DNA of 64,000 bases from a virus. Of the stretch, positions 28,203 to 39,668 are shown piece after piece (position 1 is the first letter of the stretch; the number at the start of each line of letters is the position of its first letter). The stretch covers positions 4,256-68,255 of IMG/VR virus record IMGVR_UViG_3300024999_000091; one strand, written 5' to 3'. The notes beneath the pieces were generated by a model, which saw only the letters and a program-made list of their open reading frames with translations, was not told the DNA's origin and made no database searches. A program made the position numbers and the translations under genes.

Positions 28203-29876
28203 TTAATACTCTATTCCATACCGAGATGCGATAGTTGACAACTCATCTTCCATTCCCATTTCCTTCATATATTCCAGTTTGAGCCGGTCTTCCTTTGAAG
28301 GATTGTCCGGATCAAACTCTGGGCTCAGATTGATATCCATACCGCCGTTCGGTGTAACCCACGTACCTGTACCTGGCCTCTGCTTGCCCTTGTTGTCGAA
28401 TTGTGGCGGGACGTAATGCGGTTTATTCAGTTTGTCCTGTTTGTCCTGGTCGGTGTCCTTGTTGGCCAGTGTCTTAAGCTGCGTAGCCAAAACACCTTTC
28501 CGTTTTGGGTCTGTCGCCGGATTGATAAACTCCTCCTGCAGTTTGTTGATCCTATCGATCTGGGCAAGTTTGCCGCGATTGAGGTCGCTCAGCGATCCAC
28601 TTCTCAGGGAGTCGTTCGCGGTATTGGCATCCGCCGCCTTGATGTAGGCTCCTGTTTTCATCTGGTCTACCTGATTCTTTGCGGTGTTGTTCTCGATATC
28701 AGCTGCCAGTTTCCCGCCGGCCAGGGCGGTTGCCGCTTCATTGTTGGCAAGGTCTCTTTCTTGGTTGGCGAGGCCTCGCTCCTTCAGTCCTCTATCTATC
28801 GATTTGTAATAATCACGTCGCGCTGTCGGGTTGCTTGCTGGCGGAGGCTTGCCCGGGCCGCTGGTACTACCACCGTTCGGAGAACTGGCAAGAATCCTGC
28901 CGGCGTTCAACGATGCTCGTTGCCCCTGAGTCATCCCGCCGCCCGCCGCCGCGAGAGAATCAAACCGATTGATCTGCGCCGTCGGTCTGACCGGGTTCTC
29001 GAGAAAAGCTGCCCTCTGCCCGGGAGAAACGGATCGATCAAAAGAGACATCCATATTGCCAACCTGCCGGAGGCTACCGGAGCGCTGCGGCGATGGTAGC
29101 GGCCGGCCGTCAGGACCAACCGGAACTCGGTCAGTGCCGCCGCGGAGAAAACCTGCTTGCTGACGGACGGTTTCTATTCTGGCGGCTTCATCTGCGGTCG
29201 GGACGGCGCCTGATGCCAAGCGCTGGTCAATAGCCGCAAGACTTCCCTTGATTGCTTCATCGTTGGGAGAGAGGTTTATGGTCATCCTTGAGCCTTCTGC
29301 TCCAATAGATCCTACTGGCGGGATTCGTTTTTGCGGAACTACCGAGAGAGGTTGCGGTTGATCTGCCTGCGCCACACCCACCCCAGAGTCGGGCGGCTTG
29401 GGAAGTTGAATCATAGGTTGCTCTGTCTGCGGAGAAAGCGGCGATATGTTTGTCACCTTGCCGTGTTGACTTGCCTCGGTGACCGCTGCTGCCTGCGGAA
29501 GCGGATCGGCCTTGACATCCACGCCGACGCCGCCAACTTTCCTTTCATAGTTCGGTCCCATCGTGGCTGCCAGCGCCTCACGCTCTCCAACCGGAGTCCT
29601 ATTCGCATTTAGAGCCTGGCCAGACATGAAGCGGTTTTGTGACTCTCGACCGGCAAGAACCGGGGCGGCAACTGCCAGCGCACCAGGGGCGATAACATCG
29701 GTCATCAACTTCTTGGCAGGAGTGAGAACACCTATTTCCGCTGCTTTTTGTGCTGGAGCGGTGACTATATCTACGGCCTTTCCTACAGCCGCATTCATAT
29801 TTGACTGCGCTACCTCAGTGGCAGATCCTTTCTTGTAAATATCAACCGACTTTTTCTTGTCTTCAAACAGTGCCAT
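28203..29876 (-). CDS. Probable internal virion/ejection protein
   Basis: GGAGGA RBS; A/G/Q/P-rich; upstream of the giant protein. Confidence 0.65.
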   Translation of the reverse strand: MALFEDKKKSVDIYKKGSATEVAQSNMNAAVGKAVDIVTAPAQKAAEIGVLTPAKKLMTDVIAPGALAVAAPVLAGRESQNRFMSGQALNANRTPVGEREALAATMGPNYERKVGGVGVDVKADPLPQAAAVTEASQHGKVTNISPLSPQTEQPMIQLPKPPDSGVGVAQADQPQPLSVVPQKRIPPVGSIGAEGSRMTINLSPNDEAIKGSLAAIDQRLASGAVPTADEAARIETVRQQAGFLRGGTDRVPVGPDGRPLPSPQRSGSLRQVGNMDVSFDRSVSPGQRAAFLENPVRPTAQINRFDSLAAAGGGMTQGQRASLNAGRILASSPNGGSTSGPGKPPPASNPTARRDYYKSIDRGLKERGLANQERDLANNEAATALAGGKLAADIENNTAKNQVDQMKTGAYIKAADANTANDSLRSGSLSDLNRGKLAQIDRINKLQEEFINPATDPKRKGVLATQLKTLANKDTDQDKQDKLNKPHYVPPQFDNKGKQRPGTGTWVTPNGGMDINLSPEFDPDNPSKEDRLKLEYMKEMGMEDELSTIASRYGIEY

Positions 29877-29887
29877 ATCGCATCCTC

Positions 29888-31258
29888 CTATTCTTCGTTA
29901 AACCCGTGGGTTTCGCTTATACTGTCGCCATGACTCCAATGCTCGCCCCTGTTCTCGCTGGCGGAAGTGCTGTGGCCAATCGACGTATTGACCGCATTCA
30001 AGGCGCTCGCCAAGACCTGGGCGGCGATATTGCTGATGGCGTCAAGAATCTTCTCTCTGAGAGCATTAATGGAAATCGTGCTGTCAAGCAGGGCCTTGAC
30101 CTCCTGAACGGCCTTCTCGAGTTCAAGCCTTGATTTCTCAATCTTCGCCTTCTGGTTCTCGGTGAGGGCATTGTACCAATCGGCCTGCGCCCGAACCTTC
30201 GAGGCATAGACATCGCCGTCTGCTTTATGGGCCTCGACCAGGCTCGACCGCTCTTTGGCGATCTGGTCGGTCTGGGCGATAGCTCCGTCCATCTGCGCCC
30301 TGAAGGAGTCGACCGTCACCTTGTTGTCAGCGGCGTAAGCCTCCATGACTCCGACTTTCGCCCGCAGTTCGGCATCGATCCCCTGCCACTGCGCGATATA
30401 TGCCTTGTTCTTCTCGGCATAGTTTTCAAGGATCAGCTGGGCCGCAGCCTTTTTAGCCTCAAGCGACAGCCTGCCCGAGTTTTGATGGAATTCGCGCAGG
30501 ATCTGTTCGAGTTGCACCGCCCTCTCAATGAGGAAGTTGGTATTGGTCTGAGCAAGTTCAGCCTGTTTGATCGCGATCTCGGCATTGATGACAGTGTTCT
30601 GACGTAACACTTCGGCGGCCATGCGCTGTTCGATCGATCTCAGGGCAAGCTGAGGAAAGGTTATACCGCGAGCGCCTAGTTCTCTCGTTGCCTTGAGGTA
30701 AGCATCCTCATTCTCTACCCGTTGCCGTTCCCTGGCCCTGGTCCATAATCCAGCCTCTACCGCGGCGCCAAGCCCGGTGCCGCCTTCCAGCAACCCATCA
30801 TGCACCTTCGTGAACAGGTCGAGCCACATCTCTGAGGTGTATGGCGTTTCCGAATATCCGAGAACCGGGTTCACATCGGTCGGTTTGACCGGAGTGCTAT
30901 AGTCCAGGGAAATAACCGGCGAAGTCTTCAGAAGCGGGGCGAGAGGGAATACCACCTCCTCGAAACCTGGAAGGGTGAGCGCCCCGGGCGGCGAGATGCT
31001 GTTGAGGCTGATACCGGCTACATCGTCGATAACCACATCACCGATAATGTCCTGCCATCCTGCAGGCATTGCTATAGAGGTCAGGGTGCTGTTCAATTCT
31101 CCCAGATATGCGACTACCTGAGTCTTCATATCCTCGACCAGGGCAAATGTCTGGTCGTACTTCTCGATCAGGACATTGCGCCCACCAGCATAGCCTGCTG
31201 CCATGTCGTCTACATGGTTTTCTGTGACATCAACAAACGTTCCGCTTCCGGCCATCAT
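29888..31258 (-). CDS. Virion protein with coiled-coil C-terminus
   Basis: Long ORF coupled to its neighbours. Confidence 0.7.
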   Translation of the reverse strand: MMAGSGTFVDVTENHVDDMAAGYAGGRNVLIEKYDQTFALVEDMKTQVVAYLGELNSTLTSIAMPAGWQDIIGDVVIDDVAGISLNSISPPGALTLPGFEEVVFPLAPLLKTSPVISLDYSTPVKPTDVNPVLGYSETPYTSEMWLDLFTKVHDGLLEGGTGLGAAVEAGLWTRARERQRVENEDAYLKATRELGARGITFPQLALRSIEQRMAAEVLRQNTVINAEIAIKQAELAQTNTNFLIERAVQLEQILREFHQNSGRLSLEAKKAAAQLILENYAEKNKAYIAQWQGIDAELRAKVGVMEAYAADNKVTVDSFRAQMDGAIAQTDQIAKERSSLVEAHKADGDVYASKVRAQADWYNALTENQKAKIEKSRLELEKAVQEVKALLDSTISINALREKILDAISNIAAQVLASALNAVNTSIGHSTSASENRGEHWSHGDSISETHGFNEE

Positions 31259-33410
31259 GCACCTCTCAATGCTTCGATATCAACTTCTGAGCCATTATAA
31301 AAAAGACGCTCTTTCGCTACACCATCAAAATTGTACTTGACCCTCAACTGTTCTTGATCTTGAGCGAGCAATACCTGCCCGGCAGGTTGTATGTTGCCGC
31401 CTACTGCCAGATTGAGCATACCAACCATCGGCAGTCCGGTTATTCTGTCGATCCTCCCATCAAAAAATACGGAAAAGTTGGCCACAAGACTGAACTTATC
31501 TCCAAGGTGCCTTCTGACCTCCTGGCTTAATTGATCGGTGAAATAGGTATAGAGCGAGAATACCCGGCCCCATTGTGGAAATTCATATGGAACGCCTATT
31601 TGTGCGTACTCTTTATTGCTTGAGTCGGACCAACTGAGATCAGTTTGCGAGGGAAAACCAGGGAACGCATCTGCTTCCCCAAGGTTCCCAGGGTCAACAG
31701 TATTTACGTTAAAATATATCTGGTAAGGCTCGGACGGCGAGAATGTCCATTGTTCAAGCGTTATCGAATTGCCATCTATTTCAAAAAGCTTCAGGCTGAA
31801 ATCGATACTTATAGGAACCAACTCGGTATTTACATTGTCGTTGTCCTCAGTACTTTGAGCAGAGATGACACCACAATCCCATGAAAGAATCAACACGGCC
31901 TTACTGCACGACCAAACAGCATAGCAACCTTTTGATGTTATGGTTCTGTCACTGTAAAAAGTCTCGGTTGTATCAGGAACTTCTAGATATCTAAAAGTTT
32001 CAGTTTTGTCCTTCGATGAAGTTACTTGGGTGGAAAATTCGCCAATTTTATTTAATCCGAAAAAATATTCTGCCTTTGCAGTTCCAGTGAAACTACGATC
32101 AATAACAACATCTCTTTCTTTTGGAGTTACTGTCCCTTCCACCCCCACAAAATCATCTAAATATATTTGATCTGATTCAAACTCATATGATGTGCTGTAA
32201 CTAGATAACATTGTAAAATCGAACTCAGGGTATGACCTGACCGTCATGGTCCCACTGAAAAAGTTTGTTTCATCCTGGCTCTGGATTATCGTTGTTGTCC
32301 TGTCATAATGAACACCCCATTCCTGAGGATCAGGAACACCTGTGGCAGTATGATCCTGCGTCCTGCTGCGAGTTGTCGTTGCACTGGTTGCCGCAACCGC
32401 AACAGCCTGAGAAGTGTTCGTTACTGCGTCAAGGTCGCCGTTCGCGTTCCAATCCGGCGATATTGCAATGCGATGCAGAATGAATTGGTAATGGAGGTCG
32501 CCGCCGTTATCCAGATAGAACCCACCCCAATCGCCACATGAGCCATCACCATAAAATCCTACGACTGCATCCCATCGCAGGGCAAGCATGTCGTAGTAGC
32601 CGGTTATGGTGAAAGAGAAAACCGGACTCTCATCATATATCGGCGACTTCATTTCAAGGCTTCTCGGGCAGATCATCGCAGCCTGATAACTGGCCGTAAG
32701 GCTAACAGATAAATCATCGCCGACCCTGCTTGCATCGTAGTCTTCGGTAAACCCTAGCCTGTATGCGTAGCCATTGAATACCCTAACTGGCCAGCTGGTA
32801 TTCATGGCATCGATTAAGGCGGAAAAACTCGGCAGCATGTATTCCTTTACCGCAACCACCTGGCCCCCGGCGACAACGGGAAGAATTATGCCGGTGTATG
32901 CCTCAGTCCCTCTTGGGTCGCCGCTCAAATCAGGATTCATCGGAGAACAGAGGGTGTACCCGGTAGGCACTCCATCGATAACTTCAGGCGCTTCGGTAAA
33001 CCACGGCGCGTCGTAGGTGGCCCCGGCAATCGGAAAGCCGGTAAGCATGAAGCAGGCGGCAGGTACTGGCGATGCGTGATATCTGCGGTCGAGTCCGATT
33101 ATCAGCCATCTGGCAGGGTCTTCATCGTTCATCGAATCGAGTACCAAAACCTTGTCACCCACACACAGCCACATGGCAGGCGGAATTACGCCTGACGGGA
33201 GCAAACACCCGACGCAGGCTGAATCGATATCGACATCGTTGGTTGCAGTGGATAATTCCGGCATGGTCGGCCCGCTCCACTGCACTGTGGCTGTTGCATG
33301 ATCGGCGGAAATTGAGATGACCAGTGCGCGATAGACGCAGGCATTTTGAAAATTATACTGGACCTTTGCCGGGTAGCAGGCGGTCTTTATATCGGCGGTC
33401 ATCTCGGCAC
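31255..33410 (-). CDS. Hypothetical virion/tail protein
   Basis: Long beta-rich ORF; start uncertain (GGGAGG suggests a start near 33402; the track starts at 33471). Confidence 0.65.
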
Positions 33411-34010
33411 CTCCCTGAATCTCGGCTCGGAATGCGCGATGTGGGAGATGCGGCAACTGACCATCGAACATGCCTCACGGCTCGGCTCGGTGTAGTTTGC
33501 GGTCAGCGGGTCAGGTTCAAAGACTATGAGAACAACTTGCCCCACCTTATAAGGCCTCATCAGCATCGGTAGGACGCCAGAGAGCAGGATATACCGGTAT
33601 GTTCCTTCGAGGTTGCACACCTCGACATCATATGTCCATGTCGGGTCGAAATAGTCGTAGCAGGCCCTACGCCTCGGTCCGACGATTTGGCCAACGGCGA
33701 GATGGCAGTTGCAATAGCATTCCAGATCGACCTTCCCAGCCGGCCCTCCTTTGTGCGGGACATGGATATGAATATGCGACTCACCAAACGATGACCACAC
33801 CTCGATTACCGATCCATCCGTCATTTTCACGGTCTGGTGATCCTGCTGGAATTTATCGAGGCCCATCTTGTGCGCCCTGGCAACCCGCTGCTCGACAAAG
33901 GAAAGGACCGAGTTTGCCCGGCCTATAAGCATCTTGCCCGCGTTGACGTTGCCGGTGATATCCAGGCGCCTTGGTATTTTCCTGAATCCGATCAGTTTGG
34001 TTGCCATCAA
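33399..34010 (-). CDS. Hypothetical virion protein
   Basis: Coupled to neighbours; DGSVIEVWSSFGESHIHI motif. Confidence 0.65.
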   Translation of the reverse strand: MMATKLIGFRKIPRRLDITGNVNAGKMLIGRANSVLSFVEQRVARAHKMGLDKFQQDHQTVKMTDGSVIEVWSSFGESHIHIHVPHKGGPAGKVDLECYCNCHLAVGQIVGPRRRACYDYFDPTWTYDVEVCNLEGTYRYILLSGVLPMLMRPYKVGQVVLIVFEPDPLTANYTEPSREACSMVSCRISHIAHSEPRFREVPR

Positions 34011-35326
34011 TGCACCTGGTTCCGGATATAGCGAAGCGCTGAAGGCAATACTGGAATACTGTCGTCTTTGAATCTGGCGGCAAAGTCCGGGAGTGTTGCT
34101 ATCATGTCAATGCCTTGGTCAACCGGCTCCTCTTCTTCAACGAACGATCCCCTGAACCTTGGCAGTCTTGCGATCATTTGGAAGTTGTAGCCAGCGATAC
34201 TAGAGAACTCAGCCGAGAATACTGGAAGGCTGGCGCTCATCGTAAAGAACTGTTCTCCGCCGATTTCTCCCGCCGCCTTGAATTTTGGCAACGTTGCGAC
34301 CATGCTGAATGGCGAAGAAGTGGTGAAACTTCCCGTCGCAGAAAAACCGGGAAGCTCGGCCTCCATGGTCGAACCAGGTTCAAAAGCAGCATTGAACTCA
34401 GGAAGAACAGCGATAATTCTGTTTGTGGTGTCCCTGATATATCCAGATCCCACGAAGGCCGGAAGGGTCATCACGGCCGTGATATCCAGGGCTCTGAAGA
34501 TTGCCTCGAAACTCGGCAGTGTCGCTTCCAAAGATGCACCAGCGCCGAACTGAGCATCGAACGCAGGCAACTGACACTCAACATCAGAGCCAAGCTGCCC
34601 CTCAACCACAAAGGCGGGGATAGTTGCTACGGCTTCAGATCCAAACTGTGCTTCAGCAACGAACACCGGAAGTACGGCAGAGATAGATAGAAAACTGGTT
34701 ATATGTACAGCTACATCAAAAGCCGGTAGTGACGTATTGAGTTCAGATCCAAGTTCTGCAGAAGTGATGAATTCCGGTAACTCAGCAATCAACCCAATAG
34801 AGTTATCAACTTCGTCATACCAAAATTCAACCTCCCCAATACCAACCCAGCCATTGCCCTGACTAGCGCCTTTGTACATGCTATCAATACGCAAACGTAG
34901 ATAGCATGGGGAGATATCTGTTAAATCAACACGATCAGACCAACTATTCTGGCCGTCAACTTCACCAGAAGTATAACCTGCCCCAGAAAATGTATATGTT
35001 CCGGCTGTAGTTTCTTCTCCTGCAAAAGCCCCTGTAGCTGATGTTAGGATTGTTACATCTTTGACGGTGCCAATCTGGCCGCAATAATAATGCTGCGCCA
35101 ATCTTATGCCAGTTATGACACCGTCAATTCCACGCAGATCATATGTTATCCAGGTTGAAGTACAGGCAAACGGCGTAGTGACCGAGCAGGCCGACAGATC
35201 GGATGCCCAACCAGTAGTAACGTTGCCATCAAATGACAAATTTACAAGGTACGTACCATAATAACTACTGGCAGCAACGGCTAATGCCTTGTTGGTCCCA
35301 GACCCTTGGAATAACTGCTCTGCCAT
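34007..35326 (-). CDS. Tail protein with discoidin (F5/8 type C)-like domain and xLPxF repeats
   Basis: SFDGNVTTGW...WITYDL...YLRLRI...IGEVEF, then about 18-aa LPxF repeats. Confidence 0.7.
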   Translation of the reverse strand: MAEQLFQGSGTNKALAVAASSYYGTYLVNLSFDGNVTTGWASDLSACSVTTPFACTSTWITYDLRGIDGVITGIRLAQHYYCGQIGTVKDVTILTSATGAFAGEETTAGTYTFSGAGYTSGEVDGQNSWSDRVDLTDISPCYLRLRIDSMYKGASQGNGWVGIGEVEFWYDEVDNSIGLIAELPEFITSAELGSELNTSLPAFDVAVHITSFLSISAVLPVFVAEAQFGSEAVATIPAFVVEGQLGSDVECQLPAFDAQFGAGASLEATLPSFEAIFRALDITAVMTLPAFVGSGYIRDTTNRIIAVLPEFNAAFEPGSTMEAELPGFSATGSFTTSSPFSMVATLPKFKAAGEIGGEQFFTMSASLPVFSAEFSSIAGYNFQMIARLPRFRGSFVEEEEPVDQGIDMIATLPDFAARFKDDSIPVLPSALRYIRNQVH

Positions 35327-35335
35327 ATCGCCTCG

Positions 35336-35800
35336 TTATGCAGGGAACTGTACAGATGCTACGTCGATGGTCCGAGTTTCACTGGTCAGCACAGAAGTAT
35401 TTGGCATGATGAACGTTGCACCTGACGATGCTACTGCCCCATCGAATCTACGAGCAACAGTACTTAACCCTTCAACTTGAGCATTATCGTAAACCCTGGC
35501 CCATCCAGCAACCCCATCAGCCAAAATAACGCAGGACCAAACTTCACCAGCCGCCTTGACTACCTTGCCATCAGCATCAAGTTCCCAATTGAGTCCATTT
35601 GTTGCAACTCCAGGAGTGAATGCTCCTGAAGCAAGTGTTATAAGTCCAAGCAATGTGTATCCAGATTCATCGGCATCTGCTGTTGCTGGCTGCGTTCCAT
35701 CAAAAAGAGCAATAACACAGTTTGCAAATATATCTGCAAACGATTCACCGCTCTCTTTCATTATGTCATTTCTACATCCGGTCGAAAAACGAAGTGGCAT
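35336..35800 (-). CDS. Putative tail/structural protein
   Basis: AAGGAG RBS before MPLRFSTG; FDGTQPATAD motif. Confidence 0.7.
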   Translation of the reverse strand: MPLRFSTGCRNDIMKESGESFADIFANCVIALFDGTQPATADADESGYTLLGLITLASGAFTPGVATNGLNWELDADGKVVKAAGEVWSCVILADGVAGWARVYDNAQVEGLSTVARRFDGAVASSGATFIMPNTSVLTSETRTIDVASVQFPA

Positions 35801-35813
35801 GGTACTCTCCTTT

Positions 35814-37202
35814 TCAGCCCATTCCGAGGGCAAGGTTGATTGGTAAAACTGAGAATTGATTCATGGTGCAGTCGGCACCGGCAACGTTTTCAATCTTGAA
35901 TTTCAGGTATCTTCCTTTGCTTCCTGCCCCCCTGGCGGCAAAAGATTTGCGTATCGTCTGCTGTCCAAGTTTCGAATTGGTGGCAGTGATCTGCATCCCA
36001 GCCACATTGTCGGCATACGGGGTAACAAGGAATGCCCCCTGTGAATTGGCCCCGAGGTAGAAATGGTCAGCCCGCTTCTGCCCTTGATATCCGAAGTCTG
36101 ATGTCAGTGTCTCGATATCCATGTCGATATCGACTCCGGCGTAATCGTCTCCCCCAAGGAGATAAAGTCCCGAGCTGCTGCATGCGAGGTAATCCTCTCC
36201 TCTCCGGCAGAAAGAGTTGAACGGGAAGTGACTGCGGTTGGTCGTGGCTTTCCCGGTGATCTCCCCCACTTTCAGCGCGGTCTGTGTGCAGAACGAATCA
36301 TCGAGCGTGGCGATCAGGTCGTAGCCGCGCAAGAGCATCGCCCCGCGGGTGCCGGTTGCCGGATACGCAAGCCTGGCTTTTGTGATATTCAGGAACAACC
36401 CATCTGCTGTTCCCATGCAAACACCCTCGCGACTGAGCCACAGAGAACAAAGCCCGGGTGCCGCCATTCCTATTTCAATCCCCTCGACTTGTTCTGTTGC
36501 AACAGCCCATTCAGTGGCCGGATAGTTGGCAACCTGTTTGGGCGCCATATCATCCAGGCAACTGCCGGCGAGGAACCATATTGATTTCTCATCGCTCAGA
36601 AAAATACCGGCATCGACCGCCACGGCCATGATCAGTCGGCTGGAAAGTGAGAAAGCCTTGCTGCAATCCCATAAACCAAAGTCGCCAAGCTCAGACTCGA
36701 ACAGCGAATTGCCGACTATGCCGAACATCCGGCCGGCGTGGACAACGATCTTCTCGAAATTTGGAATGGATGTTTCGAAGTACCGAGTGGTGATCGGTCC
36801 GTTGTAGGTGCCGACGCCCCAGACATTGGAGACTCCTTCCCTGATAATGCCCTTGTCGGTGCCGTTGACATAGTAGGTCTCGTCGCCGTACTGCTGATAG
36901 CAGATGCGGTCGCCGGTCATCCCCGATCTGATTCCGGACAGGGAGTTGTTCGAGGCTACTTGATAAAGAGATGTCCCTTGAGCGGCAAGACATATCCCCC
37001 CATCACAGAACAGGCTATGACCCACCGTGAGGTCTACTGCCTCGCTGTAGCCATCAGCCCGGACGATCCGCTTACCCTCGCTTATCACCGCATTGACGGC
37101 ATACGCTAGGTCTTCCTTGCCCATTTCGGCCGGATCAACTGCGGTATTCAGCCCAAGGCAATTATCTATTATATCGATCGGTTTCATTTCGATCCGAGCC
37201 AC
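35814..37202 (-). CDS. Tail tubular/nozzle-like protein
   Basis: Beta-propeller-like sequence after the adaptor; GRYLKFKIEN C-terminus. Confidence 0.6.
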   Translation of the reverse strand: MARIEMKPIDIIDNCLGLNTAVDPAEMGKEDLAYAVNAVISEGKRIVRADGYSEAVDLTVGHSLFCDGGICLAAQGTSLYQVASNNSLSGIRSGMTGDRICYQQYGDETYYVNGTDKGIIREGVSNVWGVGTYNGPITTRYFETSIPNFEKIVVHAGRMFGIVGNSLFESELGDFGLWDCSKAFSLSSRLIMAVAVDAGIFLSDEKSIWFLAGSCLDDMAPKQVANYPATEWAVATEQVEGIEIGMAAPGLCSLWLSREGVCMGTADGLFLNITKARLAYPATGTRGAMLLRGYDLIATLDDSFCTQTALKVGEITGKATTNRSHFPFNSFCRRGEDYLACSSSGLYLLGGDDYAGVDIDMDIETLTSDFGYQGQKRADHFYLGANSQGAFLVTPYADNVAGMQITATNSKLGQQTIRKSFAARGAGSKGRYLKFKIENVAGADCTMNQFSVLPINLALGMG

Positions 37203-37876
37203 CCGAGATTTGTCGATGGCCGCAATGGAAACACTTTGCCCTGCTCATCGCAGTAGGCGTCGAGGAGAACGAGTTTCTCCTGAAGCAACTCTTCTTGTTT
37301 TTTGGTATTCACCTTGCTACCCTCCATGCCGTTTTCGATTCTGTTAAAAATCTTTGCACATGTGTCGTGGATGATGGCCCAATCGAAATCATCGTTACCA
37401 TAGGCGCCGTCCGGATTGGACGCCTCTACCGGTGGCTCTGCTTCCGAATCGGATATCACCATGTCGATCGGCAACCGATAATAGGACAGTTGGATGTTCG
37501 TAGCTGCAGACGGAACCTGTTGATAAACCAAAAAACCTTTCTTGGTAGCCACAGCGGCGACATCTCCTGTGTCGAGGTCAAGAACTCCGCTCCGTGACAT
37601 CCGCATCGTCACCACATCCTTAAAGATGTCGAGCGCCGTGCCGTTATCCAGGTTGGCCATGAACAGGTTTTTATGGAAGTCTTCGGGCAACTCAACTTCC
37701 ATCTCGCCCACTTCGGTGATAACGGTATCGAATCCGTCTTTCAGGTCAGGGAGAAAAAGGAGATCGGCGATTCTGCGCTGAGAACGATTGATACGCTTCA
37801 GTATGTCGGCCGGAGTAGCGTATGATGGGTTATCCACGATGTCGATTACTTCGGCTACCAACTCGTCAGCGTTCAT
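37184..37876 (-). CDS. Head-tail adaptor (tail tubular protein A-like)
   Basis: ILKRINRSQ, VELPEDF, LSYYRLP; position after the capsid genes. Confidence 0.65.
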   Translation of the reverse strand: MNADELVAEVIDIVDNPSYATPADILKRINRSQRRIADLLFLPDLKDGFDTVITEVGEMEVELPEDFHKNLFMANLDNGTALDIFKDVVTMRMSRSGVLDLDTGDVAAVATKKGFLVYQQVPSAATNIQLSYYRLPIDMVISDSEAEPPVEASNPDGAYGNDDFDWAIIHDTCAKIFNRIENGMEGSKVNTKKQEELLQEKLVLLDAYCDEQGKVFPLRPSTNLGWLGSK

Positions 37877-37897
37877 GTTTTATCCCCTTGGAAGGAA

Positions 37898-37923
37898 GCG
37901 CATGGCCCCGAAGAGCCATGCGC
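37898..37923. terminator. Hairpin after capsid-adjacent gene
   Basis: GCGCATGGC-cccgaaga-GCCATGCGC. Confidence 0.45.
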
Positions 37924-37944
37924 AGTTGATTGTTACCAGCCGTA

Positions 37945-38367
37945 TCAGCCCGAGGTAGACACGGACTCGATGAGGACAGTCACCTTCTTTCCGGCATTCG
38001 CGATATTGTTGTCATTGATGGTGAGCGTCAGGTCATGCTTACCGGCAACGGTGATCGGCAGGATGAATGCCTCGATGTCCTGGGATGCAACGATATCGTG
38101 AGCGGCACCGAACTCATCGTCGTTGGTGGTCAGTCCGGTTTCTCGACTGAGGAACCCCAGATCGATGTCGGAACCGGCGTTGAATGCGGGGTCGGCTACG
38201 ATTCTCATCCGGTAGTAGGTCTGGTACTCGTTTTTCTTCCTGAGTTTCACCACCGTGCCATCAGCTTCAGAACCGGTGAAGGTGTACTCAACTTTGTCGA
38301 AATTGACGTTGCCCTTATGGGCGTCATGCGCCAAATCTTTGTAACATGCAGCTTCGATCGTAGGCAT
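37945..38367 (-). CDS. Putative capsid decoration/structural protein
   Basis: GGAGG RBS; directly after the major capsid gene. Confidence 0.7.
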   Translation of the reverse strand: MPTIEAACYKDLAHDAHKGNVNFDKVEYTFTGSEADGTVVKLRKKNEYQTYYRMRIVADPAFNAGSDIDLGFLSRETGLTTNDDEFGAAHDIVASQDIEAFILPITVAGKHDLTLTINDNNIANAGKKVTVLIESVSTSG

Positions 38368-38447
38368 TGAAAACCTCCAAAATTTGAACAGTTATAAGGG
38401 AGCCTAGAAATAGACCCCCTTATTTGTGATACGGTTTATGCCGTGGC

Positions 38448-39659
38448 TTATACCAGGGCCGCGTCGAACGCGACAACACCGTAGTCGTTTATCCGGCCGC
38501 TTCCGTCGGCAAACCGGATCTTGGCAAGGCCCATGATCCAGTCCATCCACTGACGCCACCAGGCTTTCTGGTTGTAAAGCTCGCCGTCCATCAGAAAGTT
38601 TCCGAACCCGCCTGGCAGGACCGAGCCGTAAGCCATGGCCAAGGCCTGGCCGCCGAGGATGAAACCGCGCTCGACAGCGACCGGTGCGACCTGGGCCGCT
38701 TCGGTGGCCGCGTCGTCGTCGGCAGAAACCATGATGCTGTCACCGGCAGACCATCCAATGGGCTTCCCGTATTTCCGGAAGAGGATGTTGTCCTTGAGGA
38801 ACATTTCCCCTTTGAACAGCGGGTGATTGAACCCGTTGGTCCGCTTCAGGGCATTAGCTACCTGTGTTTGGAAATCGGTAGCTGCAGCCTCGAAGGTAGA
38901 CCACATTCTCGGAGTGACGAATGCCAGGTACATCGGGTCGCAACCCATGGTATCCACCGTGCCGCCGATACTTACCGGCTGGGGCGGGTGCGGCATCACC
39001 TCGAGCAGCTCCTTGAACTTCCGGGTGTCATCCGGGCCGAAGGTGTCGCCAGCACCGATGGCAACCGTGCCGCCGGCACCGGAGATGGACGTCGCCGCTC
39101 CGCAATACATCTTGCGGTCGAACGTCGGCGCGGTTACCGGATTCACCATAATCTTGGCGTAATCCGCATCGGTGGTCAGCGGGAGAATGCGGTCAGCGGA
39201 GGTGTAGGTGCCGCGGGCGCCGGCCAGATGGTTGACGGCGATCTCGTCGGTGAGGACGCCGTGATACTTGGTGAGCAGCGGCCGGCCGAGTTTCTTATAG
39301 TTGAAGCCAACCTTCTGCTGTTCCATCATCAGCGGAACTTTCACAGCCTTGTGGCACTGGTTGATCTTCATGTCGAAAGTTGCCCGGGAAACGTCTTCCT
39401 CGAAACCATCACGCTTTTCAATTCCCATGGACGGCTTGCCGCTCAGGTCATGGATGATCGTGACGGAAATCTGGTTGCCGTGAGTCTTGCTCAGGTCGTT
39501 GATCTGCACTACCGGCGCAGTCGGGGGAGTTTGCTTCTTGCCGTCGTGGGCGTCGATCATATCCGACGCGGAGGCGGTGAGAAGGTTGGGGAGCGAGTGC
39601 ATCTTGTGGCATTCGCTGAAAACAATCCTGTCGGCTAACATCTGTTTTGAATCGGCCAT
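38448..39659 (-). CDS. Major capsid protein (N4-gp56/DUF4043-like)
   Basis: PVVQINDLSK..G, HLAGARG, HPLFKG, VERGFILGGQALAMAYG, GLAKIRF, DYGVVAFD. Confidence 0.85.
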   Translation of the reverse strand: MADSKQMLADRIVFSECHKMHSLPNLLTASASDMIDAHDGKKQTPPTAPVVQINDLSKTHGNQISVTIIHDLSGKPSMGIEKRDGFEEDVSRATFDMKINQCHKAVKVPLMMEQQKVGFNYKKLGRPLLTKYHGVLTDEIAVNHLAGARGTYTSADRILPLTTDADYAKIMVNPVTAPTFDRKMYCGAATSISGAGGTVAIGAGDTFGPDDTRKFKELLEVMPHPPQPVSIGGTVDTMGCDPMYLAFVTPRMWSTFEAAATDFQTQVANALKRTNGFNHPLFKGEMFLKDNILFRKYGKPIGWSAGDSIMVSADDDAATEAAQVAPVAVERGFILGGQALAMAYGSVLPGGFGNFLMDGELYNQKAWWRQWMDWIMGLAKIRFADGSGRINDYGVVAFDAALV

Positions 39660-39668
39660 GATTTCCTC